Assembly (NCBI RefSeq): GCF_024502345.1
Contig: NZ_JALDNN010000001.1
Origin: Escherichia coli
GTDB taxonomy: Bacteria > Pseudomonadota > Gammaproteobacteria > Enterobacterales > Enterobacteriaceae
Strand: one strand, 5' to 3'
Length of the DNA stretch: 64,000 nucleotides
Below are positions 1-12,986 of this stretch, piece after piece. Made by a program: the position numbers and the translations under genes. Below the pieces are notes generated by a model, which was not told where the DNA came from, ran no database searches, and was given only the letters and a program-made list of their open reading frames with translations. How positions within the stretch are numbered: the stretch's first letter is position 1; the number at the start of each line of letters is the position of its first letter.

Positions 1-1328
1 ACAAGGCGATTTGGGTAGAAACCCGCAAACAGCAGCAACCGCTGGCCAGTTTTCAGAATGAGGTTCAGCCGAGCACGCGACATTTTTATGATGCGCTACA
101 GGGTGCACGCACGGCGTTTATTCTGGAGTGCAAGAAAGCGTCGCCGTCAAAAGGCGTGATCCGTGATGATTTCGATCCGGCACGCATTGCCGCCATTTAT
201 AAACATTACGCTTCGGCAATTTCGGTGCTGACTGATGAGAAATATTTTCAGGGGAGCTTTGATTTCCTCCCCATCGTCAGCCAAATCGCCCCGCAGCCGA
301 TTTTATGTAAAGACTTCATTATCGACCCTTACCAGATCTATCTGGCGCGCTATTATCAGGCCGATGCCTGCTTATTAATGCTTTCAGTACTGGATGACGA
401 CCAATATCGCCAGCTTGCAGCCGTCGCTCACAGTCTGGAGATGGGGGTGCTGACCGAAGTCAGTAATGAAGAGGAACTGGAGCGCGCCATTGCATTAGGG
501 GCAAAGGTCGTTGGCATCAACAACCGCGATCTGCGTGATTTGTCGATTGATCTCAACCGTACCCGCGAGCTTGCGCCGAAACTGGGGCACAACGTAACGG
601 TAATCAGCGAATCCGGCATCAATACTTACGCTCAGGTGCGCGAGTTAAGCCACTTCGCTAACGGTTTTCTGATTGGTTCGGCGTTGATGGCCCATGACGA
701 TTTGCACGCCGCCGTGCGCCGGGTGTTGCTGGGTGAGAATAAAGTATGTGGCCTGACGCGTGGGCAAGATGCTAAAGCAGCTTATGACGCGGGCGCGATT
801 TACGGTGGGTTGATTTTTGTTGCGACATCACCGCGTTGCGTCAACGTTGAACAGGCGCAGGAAGTGATGGCTGCGGCACCGTTGCAGTATGTTGGCGTGT
901 TCCGCAATCACGATATTGCCGATGTGGTGGACAAAGCTAAGGTGTTATCGCTGGCGGCAGTGCAACTGCATGGTAATGAAGAACAGCTGTATATCGATAC
1001 GCTGCGTGAAGCTCTGCCAGCACATGTTGCCATCTGGAAAGCATTAAGCGTCGGTGAAACCCTGCCCGCCCGCGAGTTTCAGCACGTTGATAAATATGTT
1101 TTAGACAACGGCCAGGGTGGAAGCGGGCAACGTTTTGACTGGTCACTATTAAATGGTCAATCGCTTGGCAACGTTCTGCTGGCGGGGGGCTTAGGCGCAG
1201 ATAACTGCGTGGAAGCGGCACAAACCGGCTGCGCCGGACTTGATTTTAATTCTGCTGTAGAGTCGCAACCGGGCATCAAAGACGCACGTCTTTTGGCCTC
1301 GGTTTTCCAGACGCTGCGCGCATATTAA
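1..1328 (+). CDS. trpC: Indole-3-glycerol phosphate synthase / phosphoribosylanthranilate isomerase (bifunctional TrpCF), 5'-truncated by window edge
   Basis: Frame open from base 3 with no upstream stop ([21 protein letters not shown]...); ORF track 156..1328 is the in-window part; followed by trpB and trpA in operon order. Confidence 0.93.
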   Translation, partial: KAIWVETRKQQQPLASFQNEVQPSTRHFYDALQGARTAFILECKKASPSKGVIRDDFDPARIAAIYKHYASAISVLTDEKYFQGSFDFLPIVSQIAPQPILCKDFIIDPYQIYLARYYQADACLLMLSVLDDDQYRQLAAVAHSLEMGVLTEVSNEEELERAIALGAKVVGINNRDLRDLSIDLNRTRELAPKLGHNVTVISESGINTYAQVRELSHFANGFLIGSALMAHDDLHAAVRRVLLGENKVCGLTRGQDAKAAYDAGAIYGGLIFVATSPRCVNVEQAQEVMAAAPLQYVGVFRNHDIADVVDKAKVLSLAAVQLHGNEEQLYIDTLREALPAHVAIWKALSVGETLPAREFQHVDKYVLDNGQGGSGQRFDWSLLNGQSLGNVLLAGGLGADNCVEAAQTGCAGLDFNSAVESQPGIKDARLLASVFQTLRAY

Positions 1329-1339
1329 GGAAAGGAACA

Positions 1340-2533
1340 ATGACAACATTACTTAACCCCTATTTTGGTGAGTTTGGCGGCATGTACGTGCCACAAATCC
1401 TGATGCCTGCTCTGCGCCAGCTGGAAGAAGCTTTTGTCAGTGCGCAAAAAGATCCTGAATTTCAGGCTCAGTTCAACGACCTGCTGAAAAACTATGCCGG
1501 GCGTCCAACCGCGCTGACCAAATGCCAGAACATTACAGCCGGGACGAACACCACGCTGTATCTCAAGCGTGAAGATTTGCTGCACGGCGGCGCGCATAAA
1601 ACTAACCAGGTGCTGGGGCAGGCGTTGCTGGCGAAGCGGATGGGTAAAACCGAAATCATCGCCGAAACCGGTGCCGGTCAGCATGGTGTGGCGTCGGCCC
1701 TTGCCAGCGCCCTGCTCGGCCTGAAATGCCGTATTTATATGGGTGCCAAAGACGTTGAACGCCAGTCGCCTAACGTTTTTCGTATGCGCTTAATGGGTGC
1801 AGAAGTGATCCCGGTACATAGCGGTTCCGCGACGCTGAAAGATGCCTGTAACGAGGCGCTGCGCGACTGGTCCGGCAGTTATGAAACCGCGCACTATATG
1901 CTGGGCACCGCGGCTGGCCCGCATCCTTACCCGACCATTGTGCGTGAGTTTCAGCGGATGATTGGCGAAGAAACCAAAGCGCAGATTCTGGAAAGAGAAG
2001 GTCGCCTGCCGGATGCCGTTATCGCCTGTGTTGGCGGCGGTTCGAATGCCATCGGCATGTTTGCTGATTTCATCAATGAAACCAACGTCGGCCTGATTGG
2101 TGTGGAGCCAGGTGGTCACGGTATCGAAACTGGCGAGCACGGCGCACCGCTAAAACATGGTCGCGTGGGTATCTATTTCGGTATGAAAGCGCCGATGATG
2201 CAAACCGAAGACGGGCAGATTGAAGAATCTTACTCCATCTCCGCCGGACTGGATTTCCCGTCTGTCGGCCCACAACACGCGTATCTTAACAGCACTGGAC
2301 GCGCTGATTACGTGTCTATTACCGATGATGAAGCCCTTGAAGCCTTCAAAACGCTGTGCCTGCACGAAGGGATCATCCCGGCGCTGGAATCCTCCCACGC
2401 CCTGGCCCATGCGTTGAAAATGATGCGCGAAAACCCGGATAAAGAGCAGCTACTGGTGGTTAACCTTTCCGGTCGCGGCGATAAAGACATCTTCACCGTT
2501 CACGATATTTTGAAAGCACGAGGGGAAATCTGA
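1340..2533 (+). CDS. trpB: Tryptophan synthase beta chain
   Basis: 397 aa ORF, recognisable PLP-dependent TrpB sequence; GGAAAGG RBS upstream; stop overlaps trpA start (TGATG). Confidence 0.97.
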
Positions 2534-3339
2534 TGGAACGCTACGAATCTCTGTTTGCCCAGTTGAAGGAGCGCAAAGAAGGCGCATTCGTTCCTTTCGT
2601 CACGCTCGGTGATCCGGGCATTGAGCAGTCGCTGAAAATTATCGATACGCTAATTGAAGCCGGTGCTGACGCGCTGGAGTTAGGCATCCCCTTCTCCGAC
2701 CCACTGGCAGATGGCCCGACGATTCAAAACGCCACACTGCGTGCCTTTGCGGCAGGTGTGACCCCGGCGCAGTGCTTTGAGATGCTGGCACTCATTCGCC
2801 AGAAACACCCGACCATTCCCATTGGCCTGCTGATGTATGCCAACCTGGTGTTTAACAAAGGCATTGATGAGTTTTATGCCCAGTGCGAGAAAGTCGGCGT
2901 CGATTCGGTACTGGTTGCCGATGTGCCAGTTGAAGAGTCCGCGCCCTTCCGCCAGGCCGCGTTGCGTCATAATGTCGCACCTATCTTCATCTGCCCGCCA
3001 AATGCCGATGACGACCTGCTGCGCCAGATAGCCTCTTACGGTCGTGGTTACACCTATTTGCTGTCACGAGCAGGCGTGACCGGCGCAGAAAACCGCGCCG
3101 CGTTACCCCTCAATCATCTGGTTGCGAAGCTGAAAGAGTACAACGCTGCACCTCCATTGCAGGGATTTGGTATTTCCGCCCCGGATCAGGTAAAAGCAGC
3201 GATTGATGCAGGAGCTGCGGGCGCGATTTCTGGTTCGGCCATTGTTAAAATCATCGAGCAACATATTAATGAGCCAGAGAAAATGCTGGCGGCACTGAAA
3301 GTTTTTGTACAACCGATGAAAGCGGCGACGCGCAGTTAA
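2533..3339 (+). CDS. trpA: Tryptophan synthase alpha chain
   Basis: 268 aa ORF, translationally coupled to trpB; followed by trp operon terminator hairpin. Confidence 0.97.
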
Positions 3340-3344
3340 TCCCA

Positions 3345-3374
3345 CAGCCGCCAGTTCCGCTGGCGGCATTTTAA
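3345..3374 (+). terminator. Intrinsic terminator after trpA (trp t)
   Basis: GC-rich inverted repeat CAGCCGCCAG / CTGGCGGC followed by TTTT immediately after trpA stop. Confidence 0.8.
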
Positions 3375-3719
3375 CTTTCTTTAATGAAGCCGGAAAAATC
3401 CTAAATTCATTTAATATTTATCTTTTTACCGTTTCGCTTACCCCGGTCGAACGTCAACTTACGTCATTTTTCCGCCCAACAGTAATATAATCAAACAAAT
3501 TAATCCCGCAACATAACACCAGTAAAATCAATAATTTTCTCTAAGTCACTTATTCCTCAGGTAATTGTTAATATATCCAGAATGTTCCTCAAAATATATT
3601 TCCCCTCTATCTTCTCGTTGCGCTTAATTTGACTAATTCTCATTAGCGACTAATTTTAATGAGTGTCGACACACAACACTCATATTAATGAAACAATGCA
3701 ACGCAACGGGAGAAATAAC

Positions 3720-3899
3720 ATGGCCGAACATCGTGGTGGTTCAGGAAATTTCGCCGAAGACCGTGAGAAGGCATCCGACGCAGGCCGTAAAGGCGGTCAG
3801 CATAGCGGCGGTAATTTTAAAAATGATCCGCAACGCGCATCTGAAGCGGGTAAAAAAGGCGGTCAACAAAGCGGTGGTAATAAATCAGGCAAATCCTGA
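3720..3899 (+). CDS. yciG: Stress-induced KGG-repeat small protein YciG
   Basis: 59 aa MAEHRGGSGNFAEDREKASDAGRKGGQHSGGNF...; GGAG RBS 8 nt upstream; ORF track start 3663 is an upstream extension. Confidence 0.85.
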   Translation: MAEHRGGSGNFAEDREKASDAGRKGGQHSGGNFKNDPQRASEAGKKGGQQSGGNKSGKS

Positions 3900-3984
3900 T
3901 TCACCGTTAATTATTAATATCAGCTGATAAAGATAATTGCATCTGCGGGCCGTATGGCTCGCAGTGATTTCACTGGAGAAAAAT

Positions 3985-4485
3985 ATGAATATGAAGACCA
4001 TTGAAGATGTATTTATTCACCTGCTTTCAGATACCTACAGCGCAGAAAAACAATTAACCCGGGCACTGGCAAAACTCGCAAGAGCAACATCAAATGAAAA
4101 ATTAAGTCAGGCTTTTCATGCGCACCTCGAGGAAACTCATGGACAGATTGAACGTATTGATCAAGTTGTGGAGTCCGAATCGAACCTGAAAATTAAGCGC
4201 ATGAAATGTGTGGCAATGGAAGGTCTCATTGAAGAAGCTAATGAGGTCATCGAAAGTACCGAGAAAAACGAAGTGCGTGATGCCGCACTGATTGCCGCAG
4301 CACAGAAAGTCGAGCATTATGAGATTGCCAGTTACGGGACATTAGCGACGCTGGCTGAACAATTAGGTTATCGTAAAGCAGCGAAGCTTCTGAAAGAGAC
4401 CCTGGAAGAAGAAAAGGCCACCGACATCAAACTGACTGATCTGGCCCTTAATAACGTAAATAAGAAAGCCGAAAATAAAGCCTGA
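3985..4485 (+). CDS. yciF: Ferritin-like stress protein YciF
   Basis: 166 aa from MNMKTIEDVF...; GGAG RBS; ORF track start 3937 is an extension. Confidence 0.88.
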   Translation: MNMKTIEDVFIHLLSDTYSAEKQLTRALAKLARATSNEKLSQAFHAHLEETHGQIERIDQVVESESNLKIKRMKCVAMEGLIEEANEVIESTEKNEVRDAALIAAAQKVEHYEIASYGTLATLAEQLGYRKAAKLLKETLEEEKATDIKLTDLALNNVNKKAENKA

Positions 4486-4530
4486 AATATGAACTTTAAC
4501 TTTTAGTCATTTTATAAAGAGGACATTTTC

Positions 4531-5037
4531 ATGAATCGTATTGAACATTATCATGACTGGTTACGTGACGCCCACGCAATGGAAAAGCAAGCCGAATCTA
4601 TGCTTGAATCCATGGCCAGCCGTATAGATAATTATCCTGAACTACGCGCTCGTATTGAACAACATCTTAGTGAAACCAAAAACCAGATTGTTCAACTGGA
4701 AACTATTCTTGATCGTAATGACATTTCACGTTCAGTCATTAAAGATTCCATGAGTAAAATGGCTGCGCTTGGGCAGTCAATCGGTGGTATATTCCCTTCT
4801 GATGAAATAGTCAAAGGCTCTATTAGCGGATATGTCTTCGAGCAATTTGAAATCGCCTGTTACACCTCACTATTAGCAGCAGCAAAAAATGCCGGTGATA
4901 CAGCTTCAATTCCAACCATCGAAGCGATTTTAAATGAGGAAAAGCAAATGGCCGACTGGCTGATTCAGCATATTCCGCAAACAACTGAGAAATTTTTAAT
5001 TCGCTCTGAAACTGACGGCGTAGAAGCGAAGAAATAA
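4531..5037 (+). CDS. yciE: Ferritin-like stress protein YciE
   Basis: 168 aa ORF with AAGAGGA RBS; paralogous to yciF; third gene of yciGFE cluster. Confidence 0.9.
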   Translation: MNRIEHYHDWLRDAHAMEKQAESMLESMASRIDNYPELRARIEQHLSETKNQIVQLETILDRNDISRSVIKDSMSKMAALGQSIGGIFPSDEIVKGSISGYVFEQFEIACYTSLLAAAKNAGDTASIPTIEAILNEEKQMADWLIQHIPQTTEKFLIRSETDGVEAKK

Positions 5038-5062
5038 TACACTTTATGCCATGTCCTTATTG

Positions 5063-5090
5063 ACCCCGTATATTACGGGGTCGTTTTTTT
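5063..5090. terminator. Bidirectional intrinsic terminator between yciE and ompW
   Basis: Hairpin ACCCCGTATATTACGGGGT followed by T7 run; convergent genes on both sides. Confidence 0.8.
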
Positions 5091-5096
5091 GTGGAA

Positions 5097-5735
5097 TTAA
5101 AAACGATATCCTGCTGAGAACATAAACACCCACGGATCGAGGCGTACGCTATCGTGTTGCTGTGCACCGCCTAGCTTATAATTGGCGGTGGTATCGATAT
5201 CCATGTACCACACTGACATGTTAACCAACCAGTCACGGTTAATCAGATAATCAACCCCCACCTGCCCGGCAGCTCCCCAGGAATCTTTCAGACTGAGATC
5301 GGAAAGCCCCGCCTCTTTGCCATGATCGTTAAATCCATTATCAAAGAAGGTGGTGTAGTTAATACCGGCCCCAACGTAAGGACGGAATTTGCTGCTGGCA
5401 TCACCAAAATACCACTGCGCCATCAGTGTTGGCGGCAGATGGTGAACGGTTGCAATATCGCCGGTCGCCCGGGTGCCGATTTTATGGCGGAACGGCGTCG
5501 CTGCCAGTAATTCCACACCAATGTTGTCGGTCGCCATATAAGTAAACGTCAAGCCCAGTTGAGTGTTATTGGTCACGCTGAATCCACCCAGACTTCCTAA
5601 CGTACCACCAGCACCTTCTGTTGGACGTACGGTTGCAGAACCTGCACGCATAAAAAATTCGCCTGCTTCATGCGCAAAGGCACTGCCAGAAAGAAGAGTT
5701 GTTACTGCCAAAGCCGCCACTGTTAACTTTTTCAT
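5097..5735 (-). CDS. ompW: Outer membrane protein W
   Basis: 212 aa with N-terminal signal peptide (MKKLTVAALAVTTLLSGSAFA) and C-terminal aromatic residue typical of beta-barrels. Confidence 0.95.
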   Translation of the reverse strand: MKKLTVAALAVTTLLSGSAFAHEAGEFFMRAGSATVRPTEGAGGTLGSLGGFSVTNNTQLGLTFTYMATDNIGVELLAATPFRHKIGTRATGDIATVHHLPPTLMAQWYFGDASSKFRPYVGAGINYTTFFDNGFNDHGKEAGLSDLSLKDSWGAAGQVGVDYLINRDWLVNMSVWYMDIDTTANYKLGGAQQHDSVRLDPWVFMFSAGYRF

Positions 5736-5838
5736 ATCCGCTCCGTCGTTATGGTTATAAAAACGTGACGAATATACCTACATTGGAGTAACAAATGATC
5801 CTACATAGATCACATTACATATGATAATTCACCATTTA

Positions 5839-5852
5839 TTGATCTGGATTAA
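5839..5852. promoter_or_regulatory. Candidate FNR-like box upstream of ompW
   Basis: TTGATctggATTAA (one mismatch to TTGAT-N4-ATCAA) about 110 bp upstream of ompW start codon. Confidence 0.35.
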
Positions 5853-6091
5853 TTTAGAAGTTGCATTGAGAATCCTGGTTAATGTGATTTAAATCAATTT
5901 TTAAATATTTTCTTTACGCAAATATTAACTCGATCGCCACTTGCCGCGGTTTGCCCACGCCTGAAGGCCAGCAATTACCTCCGCTTTACAAAGATATGCT
6001 TTTCCATACAAGACCTGATGCTGCCACCCGAGGCTTAACCAGGGTACAATTGCCCGCTAATTAACACCTGCATAAAACTCAAGGAGAGTGC

Positions 6092-6835
6092 ATGTCTATC
6101 ACGGCGCAGTCCGTATACCGTGACACCGGAAATTTCTTCCGTAATCAATTTATGACCATTCTGTTGGTATCGTTGCTATGTGCGTTTATCACAGTGGTGT
6201 TAGGGCATGTTTTCTCACCCAGTGATGCACAGCTTGCGCAGCTCAATGACGGCGTGCCCGTTAGCGGCAGTAGTGGGTTGTTCGACCTGGTTCAGAATAT
6301 GTCACCGGAACAGCAACAAATTTTGCTGCAGGCTTCAGCGGCGTCCACTTTTTCAGGATTAATCGGTAACGCCATTCTCGCCGGAGGCGTAATATTAATT
6401 ATCCAGCTGGTGTCTGCGGGTCAGAGAGTCAGTGCGCTGCGAGCTATTGGTGCCAGTGCGCCGATATTGCCCAAGTTATTTATTCTGATTTTTCTGACTA
6501 CCCTTTTAGTACAGATTGGCATCATGCTGGTGGTCGTTCCGGGAATTATCATGGCCATTTTACTGGCCCTGGCACCGGTGATGCTGGTACAGGACAAAAT
6601 GGGCATTTTTGCCTCGATGCGTAGCAGTATGCGGCTGACTTGGGCGAATATGCGTCTGGTGGCACCCGCAGTACTGAGCTGGTTGCTGGCAAAAACACTG
6701 TTGCTGCTTTTTGCCTCTTCTTTTGCCGCATTAACCCCGGAAATTGGTGCCGTACTGGCGAACACCTTGAGCAACCTGATTTCTGCCATATTGCTCATCT
6801 ATCTGTTCCGCCTGTATATGTTGATTCGCCAATAA
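6092..6835 (+). CDS. yciC: UPF0259 inner membrane protein YciC
   Basis: 247 aa hydrophobic ORF, AAGGAG RBS. Confidence 0.9.
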   Translation: MSITAQSVYRDTGNFFRNQFMTILLVSLLCAFITVVLGHVFSPSDAQLAQLNDGVPVSGSSGLFDLVQNMSPEQQQILLQASAASTFSGLIGNAILAGGVILIIQLVSAGQRVSALRAIGASAPILPKLFILIFLTTLLVQIGIMLVVVPGIIMAILLALAPVMLVQDKMGIFASMRSSMRLTWANMRLVAPAVLSWLLAKTLLLLFASSFAALTPEIGAVLANTLSNLISAILLIYLFRLYMLIRQ

Positions 6836-6864
6836 CCTTAAGCATTTGATTACGGAATCGTAAA

Positions 6865-7404
6865 ATGAAGCAGTTTCTTGATTTTTTACCGCTGGTTGTC
6901 TTTTTCGCGTTTTACAAGATTTATGACATCTATGCGGCTACTGCGGCGCTGATCGTCGCCACGGCGATTGTGCTTATCTATAGCTGGGTTCGCTTTCGTA
7001 AGGTTGAGAAGATGGCCCTGATCACTTTTGTTCTGGTGGTCGTCTTCGGTGGCTTGACGCTGTTCTTCCACAATGATGAGTTTATTAAATGGAAGGTTAC
7101 AGTCATTTATGCTCTGTTTGCGGGAGCCCTGTTAGTCAGCCAATGGGTGATGAAAAAGCCGCTAATTCAGCGGATGCTGGGTAAAGAACTCACGCTGCCG
7201 CAACCGGTATGGTCGAAGCTAAATCTGGCCTGGGCTGTTTTCTTTATCCTTTGCGGTCTGGCAAACATCTACATCGCATTCTGGCTGCCGCAAAATATTT
7301 GGGTCAACTTTAAAGTCTTTGGCCTGACCGCCCTTACCTTAATCTTCACATTGTTAAGCGGTATCTATATCTACCGCCACATGCCGCAGGAAGATAAATC
7401 CTAA
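6865..7404 (+). CDS. yciB: Intracellular septation protein A (YciB/IspZ)
   Basis: 179 aa multi-pass membrane ORF immediately downstream of yciC. Confidence 0.9.
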   Translation: MKQFLDFLPLVVFFAFYKIYDIYAATAALIVATAIVLIYSWVRFRKVEKMALITFVLVVVFGGLTLFFHNDEFIKWKVTVIYALFAGALLVSQWVMKKPLIQRMLGKELTLPQPVWSKLNLAWAVFFILCGLANIYIAFWLPQNIWVNFKVFGLTALTLIFTLLSGIYIYRHMPQEDKS

Positions 7405-7508
7405 CCAGACTGCCAGTCCTTCGGGGCTGGCGCTGTATCTCCTCTGTTCTCCTCAGGAAAATCATAGTAGCATCGCGCCTGTGATTTTCCTTTTAAGTCG
7501 GTTTTACC

Positions 7509-7907
7509 ATGTCTACAACACATAACGTCCCTCAGGGCGATCTTGTTTTACGTACTTTAGCCATGCCCGCCGATACCAATGCCAATGGTGACATCTTTGG
7601 TGGTTGGTTAATGTCACAAATGGATATTGGCGGCGCTATTCTGGCGAAAGAAATTGCCCACGGTCGCGTAGTGACTGTGCGGGTTGAAGGAATGACTTTC
7701 TTACGGCCGGTTGCGGTCGGCGATGTGGTGTGCTGCTATGCACGCTGTGTCCAGAAAGGGACGACATCGGTCAGCATTAATATTGAAGTGTGGGTGAAAA
7801 AAGTAGCGTCTGAACCAATCGGGCAACGCTATAAAGCGACAGAAGCATTATTTAAGTATGTCGCGGTTGATCCTGAAGGAAAACCTCGCGCCTTACCTGT
7901 TGAGTAA
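7509..7907 (+). CDS. yciA: Acyl-CoA thioesterase YciA
   Basis: 132 aa hotdog-fold thioesterase-like ORF. Confidence 0.9.
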   Translation: MSTTHNVPQGDLVLRTLAMPADTNANGDIFGGWLMSQMDIGGAILAKEIAHGRVVTVRVEGMTFLRPVAVGDVVCCYARCVQKGTTSVSINIEVWVKKVASEPIGQRYKATEALFKYVAVDPEGKPRALPVE

Positions 7908-7909
7908 TA

Positions 7910-7939
7910 GTCAAAAGCCTCCGGTCGGAGGCTTTTGAC
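7910..7939. terminator. Bidirectional intrinsic terminator between yciA and tonB
   Basis: Perfect palindrome GTCAAAAGCCTCCGGTCGGAGGCTTTTGAC between convergent genes. Confidence 0.85.
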
Positions 7940-7946
7940 TTTCTGC

Positions 7947-8666
7947 TTACTGAATTTCGGTGGTGCCGTTAATTTTAAACAGGATATTCACCACAATCCC
8001 ACTGCCTGGCTTACCCGGCTCATAACGCCATCTGCGCATCGCATTTTTCACCTCACGCTCAAACATGTTCGCAGGCTTGGCTGAGAGGATTTGTACGTTA
8101 TCCACGCGACCATCCGGCGTGACGTCAAATTTAACTTTAACCTGCCCTTCAATGCGCAATGCCTGTGCTCGTGCCGGATACTGCGGCTGATTACGGCTTA
8201 ATGCGCGTGGTCCTGAAGCCACACTGGTAACCGGCTTGCTGGTTGCAGCCGTTGCCGTACTTGATGTCAGGCGTGCGGGTGCCGTATTTTCAAACGGTGA
8301 TGCCGGACGCGACTCTACGGGTTTGACATCGCGTTTTGGCTGCTCCTGTAACTTTTTCACCGGCTTCGGTTTTGGCTTAGGTTTCGGCTTCGGCTTTTCA
8401 ATGACCACCGGTGCTTCTTTTGGCGGTTCGGGGATCGGCTCAGGTTCCGGTTCTGGCTCTACCACCGGCTCCGGTGGCGGCTGAACGGCTTGTGGCGGTT
8501 CGAGATCAGCAGGCGCAACCATCGTGACAGAAATTGGCTGCGCAGGCGCAGGTAGTTCAATAACCTGATGTACCGAGGTATAGAGCAGACCCGCCACAAC
8601 AGCACCATGAATGCAGACCGAAAGTAACGTCGGCCAGGGGAAGCGGCGAGGTAAATCAAGGGTCAT
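7947..8666 (-). CDS. tonB: TonB energy transducer
   Basis: 239 aa from [17 protein letters not shown]... with (EP)n/(KP)n proline-rich spacer; ORF track 5' end 8717 is a 17-codon extension. Confidence 0.95.
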   Translation of the reverse strand: MTLDLPRRFPWPTLLSVCIHGAVVAGLLYTSVHQVIELPAPAQPISVTMVAPADLEPPQAVQPPPEPVVEPEPEPEPIPEPPKEAPVVIEKPKPKPKPKPKPVKKLQEQPKRDVKPVESRPASPFENTAPARLTSSTATAATSKPVTSVASGPRALSRNQPQYPARAQALRIEGQVKVKFDVTPDGRVDNVQILSAKPANMFEREVKNAMRRWRYEPGKPGSGIVVNILFKINGTTEIQ

Positions 8667-8889
8667 TGAAGTCATAATCATTTCAGTAGAAAAACCAGGT
8701 CTCGATTTTAAATGCAAATAGCAATCATATTCAATAAGGCATGACGATCAGGATCAGTGAAAATGTCATTTTTGGCGTAATTGACCTTACTTTATGCATG
8801 GTCTTAACAAAGACATCATCTTTCCGTTGCAGATCTTCGCCCTTTCAAATAACGTACTTTACAACTTTCCCGAACAAGGAGTTGTGCCC

Positions 8890-9186
8890 GTGTTGTATGT
8901 TATTTACGCTCAAGACAAAGCTGATAGCCTCGAAAAACGCCTTTCCGTTCGTCCGGCACATTTAGGACGTTTACAGTTACTGCATGATGAAGGTCGTTTG
9001 TTGACAGCTGGTCCAATGCCAGCGGTAGACAGTAACGATCCAGGGGCTGCGGGATTTACTGGCTCAACCGTTATTGCTGAATTTGAATCGCTGGAAGCAG
9101 CTCAGGCCTGGGCCGATGCTGACCCGTACGTAGCGGCAGGTGTCTATGAACACGTTTCAGTGAAACCATTTAAGAAAGTGTTCTGA
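8890..9186 (+). CDS. yciI: YciI-like protein (Dabb family)
   Basis: 98 aa from GTG start ([18 protein letters not shown]...), AAGGAG RBS 8 nt upstream; ORF track 8794 start is an extension. Confidence 0.8.
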   Translation: MLYVIYAQDKADSLEKRLSVRPAHLGRLQLLHDEGRLLTAGPMPAVDSNDPGAAGFTGSTVIAEFESLEAAQAWADADPYVAAGVYEHVSVKPFKKVF

Positions 9187-9485
9187 ATAGAGATTCAATA
9201 TTTAAGGGCACGGTTTTTGCAACCGTGTTCTTGTTTGGCCTTTCCTTATAGCCGGTCAGTGCATTCACTACCACAAGCAGATAATAACTTTATCTGTATT
9301 TCTTTATATGATGTGAGCATATTCAGGAAAAATGACCTTTCCTGAGGTACAGTTGCTCGCTCAAATCCTTTGATTACTGCGGATAAAGTCATCTACTATT
9401 GTTTAACACATTCACGCGCTGCATGTATGTTCAGAAAATGTGCACGCTAAGATAATTAAACAAAATTGTGGTTACAGAGGTATCA

Positions 9486-10739
9486 GTGAGTCACTGGGCT
9501 ACATTCAAACAAACAGCAACAAATTTATGGGTGACCCTTCGGCACGACATTCTCGCGCTGGCCGTCTTTTTAAATGGATTGCTTATTTTTAAAACAATCT
9601 ATGGTATGTCGGTCAATTTGCTTGATATTTTCCATATCAAAGCATTTTCAGAGTTGGATCTCTCCTTGCTGGCAAACGCCCCACTATTTATGCTCGGCGT
9701 CTTTCTTGTCCTGAACTCCATTGGCTTACTGTTCCGGGCAAAGCTCGCATGGGCAATCAGTATCATTTTGTTGTTGATAGCGCTAATTTACACCCTGCAT
9801 TTTTATCCCTGGCTGAAATTTAGTATTGGATTTTGCATTTTTACGCTGGTGTTTTTGCTGATACTGCGCAAAGACTTCTCCCACAGTAGCGCCGCAGCCG
9901 GGACAATTTTTGCATTTATTAGTTTCACGACATTACTGTTTTACTCAACCTACGGTGCGCTTTATTTAAGCGAAGGTTTTAATCCGCGAATAGAAAGTTT
10001 GATGACCGCGTTCTATTTTTCGATAGAAACCATGTCAACCGTCGGCTATGGCGATATTGTCCCTGTTTCTGAATCAGCACGATTGTTCACTATTTCGGTC
10101 ATTATTTCCGGCATTACCGTTTTTGCCACATCTATGACCTCAATTTTTGGTCCGCTTATCCGCGGGGGATTCAACAAACTTGTAAAAGGAAACAATCATA
10201 CAATGCATCGTAAAGATCATTTTATTGTTTGCGGACATTCGATTCTCGCCATCAATACGATCCTGCAACTGAATCAACGCGGACAAAACGTAACGGTTAT
10301 CAGCAACTTGCCTGAAGATGATATCAAGCAACTTGAGCAACGCTTAGGCGATAACGCTGATGTTATCCCCGGTGACAGTAATGACAGTTCAGTATTAAAG
10401 AAAGCGGGAATCGATCGTTGCCGGGCCATTCTGGCGCTGAGTGATAACGATGCAGATAACGCGTTTGTTGTACTCTCGGCAAAAGATATGAGCAGTGATG
10501 TCAAAACAGTTCTCGCCGTCAGTGATAGCAAAAACCTGAATAAGATTAAGATGGTACATCCGGATATCATTCTCTCACCGCAACTGTTTGGCAGCGAAAT
10601 TCTGGCGCGAGTTTTAAATGGTGAAGAGATTAATAATGATATGCTCGTTTCAATGTTGTTGAACTCCGGTCATGGCATTTTCAGCGATAACGATGAACAA
10701 GAAACGAAAGCTGACAGTAAAGAATCAGTGCAAAAATAG
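9486..10739 (+). CDS. kch: Voltage-gated potassium channel Kch
   Basis: 417 aa from GTG start (MSHWATFKQ...), K+ selectivity filter TVGYGD and C-terminal RCK/TrkA domain. Confidence 0.92.
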   Translation: MSHWATFKQTATNLWVTLRHDILALAVFLNGLLIFKTIYGMSVNLLDIFHIKAFSELDLSLLANAPLFMLGVFLVLNSIGLLFRAKLAWAISIILLLIALIYTLHFYPWLKFSIGFCIFTLVFLLILRKDFSHSSAAAGTIFAFISFTTLLFYSTYGALYLSEGFNPRIESLMTAFYFSIETMSTVGYGDIVPVSESARLFTISVIISGITVFATSMTSIFGPLIRGGFNKLVKGNNHTMHRKDHFIVCGHSILAINTILQLNQRGQNVTVISNLPEDDIKQLEQRLGDNADVIPGDSNDSSVLKKAGIDRCRAILALSDNDADNAFVVLSAKDMSSDVKTVLAVSDSKNLNKIKMVHPDIILSPQLFGSEILARVLNGEEINNDMLVSMLLNSGHGIFSDNDEQETKADSKESVQK

Positions 10740-11109
10740 AGTTTAAAGACGAAAGAGTAAACTTATTGGGCACCGCAATGGTGCCCAGTATATTTAGATA
10801 TTGTAGATCGCAAACAATAACGAGTTACGCTGTTTGTTTAGAATGCACTTCCTGATGCTGTGGATACGCATATTTCGGCGCGATTGCCCCTCAAGCCAAC
10901 GCGATTTACGTCGGCTAGCCTGACGCTGCATGCGCCAGCGCCCCACTTCCGTTCTACTCCGCTTCATGTTAACTACTCTATGCAATAACAGAATGGTCAT
11001 TATACCCCCACCCCCGACGCTGACCAGTGCTTTTCCCGCGTTTTTATTTGCCAGATGAATCCATATGCGTAAACTCATAACAATGCGCTTTCAAAAGGAT
11101 TTCTAATCT

Positions 11110-12934
<1,825 letters not shown>

Positions 12935-12957
12935 ATAATCGCTTTCGGCGTGAAAAA

Positions 12958-12977
12958 GGGCTGACAACTGTCAGCCC
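12958..12977. terminator. Bidirectional terminator hairpin between yciU and oppF
   Basis: GGGCTGACAACTGTCAGCCC flanked by A-run upstream and T-rich stretch downstream. Confidence 0.75.
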
Positions 12978-12986
12978 TTATTGTGT

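Noticed and set aside
3663..3927. ORF-track entries 3663..3899 and 3688..3927 near yciG
   Set aside because: First is an N-terminal extension of yciG beyond its RBS-supported ATG at 3720; second is an overlapping alternative frame with no support.
8380..8480. Tandem CCG/AAA-rich simple repeats on the DNA
   Set aside because: These encode the known (Glu-Pro)n/(Lys-Pro)n rigid spacer of TonB, not an independent repeat element.
10794..11078. 94-aa Arg-rich ORF on the minus strand in the kch-cls intergenic region
   Set aside because: Spans the kch terminator hairpin and intergenic sequence; highly basic low-complexity translation and no RBS; likely spurious.
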